Shown here: piece after piece, positions 60,462 through 64,000 of the stretch
Position numbering within the stretch: position 1 is the first letter of the stretch
How the letters are laid out: every line of letters starts with the position of its first letter
Source: Hydrurus foetidus
Lineage: Eukaryota
DNA: 64,000 bases
NCBI GenBank assembly: GCA_900617105.1
Contig: UYFQ01000023.1
Span: 372,001 to 436,000, forward strand
Direction: 5' to 3'
Made by a program: the position numbers and the translations under genes
The notes under the pieces: generated by a model
The model's database searches: none
What the model was told of the DNA's origin: nothing
The model's input: only the letters and a program-made list of their open reading frames with translations

Positions 60462-61832
60462 TCAACCCTCTGTACCGCTTGCAGGGTGTGCATCTTGATG
60501 ACCGCCCAAAACCCCCACCGCCTGTGTCTCCGGCAGCGCTTCCACCGCCCGCAGGGCGCGGCTCATCACGTTGGTGCGCGTCTGCGCTTGGTCAAGCGTG
60601 TTCAGCACCGTTTGCGCCTGGGTTTTGACCTTGGCCAGCACATCGCCGAACTTGCCGAATTCGGTCTTCACCGCGCCCAACACCTGCCAGACCTCGCTGG
60701 AGCGGCGTTCCAGCGCCAGGGTGCGAAAGCCCATTTGCAGGGAATTGAGGATAGCCATCAGCGTGGTGGGCCCGGCCAGGGTGACACGGTGCTCGCGCTG
60801 TAAAACTTCCATCAAACCAGGGCGGCGCAGCACTTCGGCGTAAAGCCCTTCTGTGGGTAAAAACAGGATGGCGAAATCGGTGGTGTAAGGCGGCTCTACG
60901 TACTTCTCTGCTATGGATTTTGCTTCTGTGCGGATGCGCAGCTCCAGCGCCCGGCCCGCCAACTCCGCAGCCACAGCATCAGCACGGCCTTGGGCGTCGA
61001 GCAGGCGCTCGTAGTCTTCGTTGGGGAATTTAGCGTCGATGGGCAGCCACAGCGGCGTGCCATCGGGGGATTTACCGGGCAGTTTGATGGCGAAATCCAC
61101 CGGGTTGCGGCTGCCAGGGCGGGTGATGACCTGCACGCCGTACTGGTCGGGCGCGAACACCTGCTCCAGCAAGGCGCTGAGCTGGGCTTCACCGAACATG
61201 CCTCGGGTTTTGACGTTCGTCAGCAGGTGCTTAAGGTCGCCCACACCAGCGGCCAGGGATTGCATTTCACCCAGCCCTTTGTGGACTTGCTCCAGGCGGT
61301 CAGCGACTTGTTTGAAGCTTTCACCCAGGCGGGTTTCCAGCGTGGTTTGCAGCTTTTCGTCCACCGTTTGGCGCATTTCATCGAGCTTGGCGGCGTTGCT
61401 GAGCTGGAGTTGCGCGAGCTGCTGCTCCAGCGTGGCCCGCACTTCACTCAAGCGCCGGGCATTGGCTTCGCTCAACCCTTGCAGCTGCGTGGTGAGCGTG
61501 TCCGAGAGGTTTTTTTGCAGCAAACCCAGCTGCTGCGCCAGCGCATCAATCTGGGTGTTTTGCGTGCGGGTGGCTTCAGCCGATTGGCGGGTCAATGTTT
61601 GCTGGAAAGCCGCGAACGATTGCGTCAACTCTTGACGGCCCCCGCGCGAACTTTCGCTGATCTCACGGCGCAACTCCGCCTGCGTCCGCTCAGCCCGCTC
61701 GTGGCCCGCCCCCAAAAGGGCCAGCAAAGCCTGCCGTCCGTTGTCCGCCGTGGGGCGCAGCAGCAGCCACAGCAGGATGAAGAAATTCAGGGTGGTGAGG
61801 GCCAGGAGGAGCCAGAAGGAGAGTTCGGTCAT
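60462..61832 (-). CDS. rmuC: DNA recombination protein RmuC
   Basis: N-terminal TM, coiled coil, KTRG.FGE.QL, PIDAKFP, FLPTEGLY and LQMGFRTLA motifs. Confidence 0.93.
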   Translation of the reverse strand: MTELSFWLLLALTTLNFFILLWLLLRPTADNGRQALLALLGAGHERAERTQAELRREISESSRGGRQELTQSFAAFQQTLTRQSAEATRTQNTQIDALAQQLGLLQKNLSDTLTTQLQGLSEANARRLSEVRATLEQQLAQLQLSNAAKLDEMRQTVDEKLQTTLETRLGESFKQVADRLEQVHKGLGEMQSLAAGVGDLKHLLTNVKTRGMFGEAQLSALLEQVFAPDQYGVQVITRPGSRNPVDFAIKLPGKSPDGTPLWLPIDAKFPNEDYERLLDAQGRADAVAAELAGRALELRIRTEAKSIAEKYVEPPYTTDFAILFLPTEGLYAEVLRRPGLMEVLQREHRVTLAGPTTLMAILNSLQMGFRTLALERRSSEVWQVLGAVKTEFGKFGDVLAKVKTQAQTVLNTLDQAQTRTNVMSRALRAVEALPETQAVGVLGGHQDAHPASGTEG

Positions 61833-61860
61833 GCGGCATGTAAATCAAGTAAACTGCTAT

Positions 61861-62847
61861 TTATTTTATAGCTATAACCACTGAATTTAAGGGCGTTAAA
61901 GCCGTATTCTTCGTCAAATACCCAATCAGGTTATCCGCCGCCAAATTCGCCATCGCCAAACGTGTGGGCACGGTGGCGCTGGCAATGTGGGGGGTCAGCA
62001 CCACGTTGCTCAGCGCGAGCAAATCGGGGTGGACTTTCGGCTCGCCTTCGAACACGTCCAGGCCAGCAGCGGCGATGCGTTTGTCTTTCAGGGCTGCCGC
62101 CAGCGCCACGTCATCGACGATGCCGCCTCGGGCGATGTTGACCAGGCAGGCGGTGGGCTTCATCAGGGCCAGCTCGGCGGCAGCTATGGTGTGGTGCGAG
62201 GCGGCGCTGTACGGCACGACCAGCACGATGTGGTCAGCCGTTTTCAGCAGGGTTTCTTTGCTGACGTAACTGGCTTTACAGTCGGCTTCCAGCGCTGCGT
62301 CCAAGCGGGAACGGTTGTGGTAAATCACGTTCATGCCAAAGCCATGTGCGCCACGTTTGGCGATGCCCTGCCCGATGCGGCCCATGCCGATGATGCCCAA
62401 AGTGCTGCCGTGGATATCCGAGCCGCTGAACATGTCGTAAGACCATTTCGTCCACAGCCCGGCACGCAGGTAGTGCTCGCTCTCGGTCACGCGGCGGGCC
62501 GTGGCCATCAGCAGCGCAAAGCCAAAATCAGCGGTGGTTTCGGTCAGCACATCGGGGGCATTGGTGCCAAGCACGCCAGCGGCGGTCATCGCGTCCACAT
62601 CAAAATTGTTGTACCCCACGGCCATGTTGGCGCAGATTTTGAGGTGCGGCGCAGCGGCCAGCACCTCCGCATCAATGCGCTCGCTGCCGGTGGTGAACAC
62701 CCCCACCTTGTCCGCGAGCTTCGCCGCCAACTGGGCTTTGCTCCACACCTCATCGGATGGGTTGGATTCCACCTCGAAATGCTCAGCCAGTTTGGCAATG
62801 ATCTCAGGGAAGATGGCGCGGGCGACGAGGATGCGGGGTTTGGTCAT
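61861..62847 (-). CDS. D-2-hydroxyacid dehydrogenase (glyoxylate/hydroxypyruvate reductase-like)
   Basis: GMGRIG, NIARG, LDVFEGEP and TPHIASA motifs. Confidence 0.92.
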   Translation of the reverse strand: MTKPRILVARAIFPEIIAKLAEHFEVESNPSDEVWSKAQLAAKLADKVGVFTTGSERIDAEVLAAAPHLKICANMAVGYNNFDVDAMTAAGVLGTNAPDVLTETTADFGFALLMATARRVTESEHYLRAGLWTKWSYDMFSGSDIHGSTLGIIGMGRIGQGIAKRGAHGFGMNVIYHNRSRLDAALEADCKASYVSKETLLKTADHIVLVVPYSAASHHTIAAAELALMKPTACLVNIARGGIVDDVALAAALKDKRIAAAGLDVFEGEPKVHPDLLALSNVVLTPHIASATVPTRLAMANLAADNLIGYLTKNTALTPLNSVVIAIK

Positions 62848-63072
62848 GAAATCACCTTGTTGTTCAGGATACATATGCGGGAGCAGCTACTGAATCAGGA
62901 GCATTAAATCAGAAGCGGTGGGGCTTGTCTGTGGGGCGGGCATCATTGGGAGGCACTCGCCAGAGGATTCCATGCCGCGTTTATCGCGTACTCTACAGAT
63001 TATTTTTCTGCACTTGCAAGGTGCATTGCGCGAGGCCGCTTACGTCACCCTTCCCCTTCCTGAAAGCCCTGA

Positions 63073-63495
63073 ATGCAAGTCGAACACCGAATCTCAATCG
63101 CTGCGTCTCCCGAAACAATCTTTCGGATATACGAGGATGTCCAAAACTGGCACACGTGGGATCCGGACACGAAACAGGCCTTTCTTGAAGGCCCATTTCG
63201 CGTCGGTAGCCGTGGCCGAATCACCCCTCCTAAAGGCATGACCGTTCCCATGGTGCTGACTCAAGTGGAGCCTGGCAAGTGCTTCACCGTCGAGTCGAAG
63301 ATTCCCCTGTTTCGCATGCTGTTCGAGCACGAGCTCATCCCCGTGCCAGGGGCGACAGAGGTCGTTCACAGAGTTACTTTTTCAGGTTTACTGTCCTTTG
63401 TTATCGGTTCAATGCTGTCCAAGCAACTGAACTCAGGCCTTCCGGTCACACTGCGCAAGCTGAAGGCGCTTGCTGAGGGGACGGGTGCAGCCTAA
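63073..63495 (+). CDS. SRPBCC/polyketide cyclase family protein
   Basis: I.IAASPE.IF..Y.DV.NW..WDP...L..LK..AE. Confidence 0.8.
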   Translation: MQVEHRISIAASPETIFRIYEDVQNWHTWDPDTKQAFLEGPFRVGSRGRITPPKGMTVPMVLTQVEPGKCFTVESKIPLFRMLFEHELIPVPGATEVVHRVTFSGLLSFVIGSMLSKQLNSGLPVTLRKLKALAEGTGAA

Positions 63496-63537
63496 CGGAG
63501 GTCATCGAATACTGAAGGTCAGTAGTGAGGTGGCCTT

Positions 63538-64000
63538 TTAAATGCCCACATCCGGGTGCCACCCCAGCACGGCCAGCAGCACGCCGAAGCCCACCACGTA
63601 AGCCAGCGCCACATGCCAGCCGCCTTTGAGCCATGCGCCTACCGATTTGGCTTCGGGGTACATGCCTGACAAGGCCACACCTGCTGACGAGCCGAACCAC
63701 ACCATGCTGCCGCCAAAGCCGACGGCGTAGGCTAAAAAGCCCCAGTCGTAGCCGCCTTGGCGCAAGGCCAGGGCGGTCAGGGGGATGTTGTCGAACACGG
63801 CGCTGACGAAGCCTAAACCCAAGGCGCTGGGCCAGGATGCGGGGGGCAAGTGCTGGACGGGCATCATCGCGGCGCACAGCACCAAGGCGAGCAAAAAGAC
63901 ACTGCCCCGCAAAGCGTCTGGCAAGAGCGCCCAGTTGGGTTTGCGCCAAGGCGTGGTAATCGCAATCGCGCCCCAGACGGCCATGCCGATGACGGGCCAG
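63538..64000 (-). CDS. C-terminal part of an IT-superfamily (NhaD/citrate-type) transporter (5' end outside the window)
   Basis: SAVFDNIPL and GFGGSMVWFGSSAGVA motifs. Confidence 0.8.
   Translation of the reverse strand, partial: WPVIGMAVWGAIAITTPWRKPNWALLPDALRGSVFLLALVLCAAMMPVQHLPPASWPSALGLGFVSAVFDNIPLTALALRQGGYDWGFLAYAVGFGGSMVWFGSSAGVALSGMYPEAKSVGAWLKGGWHVALAYVVGFGVLLAVLGWHPDVGI

Overview
This is core chromosome from a GC-rich betaproteobacterium; the gene content and order resemble Comamonadaceae (inference). From left to right it carries: a sulfate-assimilation operon (TauE, cysI, DUF934, cysH, cysD, cysN, fdxA, ferredoxin-NADP reductase); a TPP riboswitch ahead of a TonB receptor; tRNA-Asn followed by a small decayed islet; aat/ate and pbpG; two non-orthologous leuA genes behind a Leu-codon attenuator; an opine/D-amino-acid oxidase ABC cluster; pssA, ilvC, ilvN, ilvB; an ECF sigma cluster; aroC and metY; a Ser/Thr kinase-HDOD gene; ccdAB, thyA, folA and cytochromes c; and a 1660-aa repeat surface protein bracketed by a duplicated rmuC 3' end. 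The main unexplained signal is a dispersed ~40-bp bipartite element, GCTAY-N7-RTAGC-N6-CGC-N11-GCG. About 17 copies were found by eye, all with invariant spacing, and many lie inside coding sequences or across start/stop codons. ilvC contains a garbled internal segment that looks more like a sequencing artefact than a real insertion. All calls come from reading the sequence and from recalled family motifs; no database search was run.
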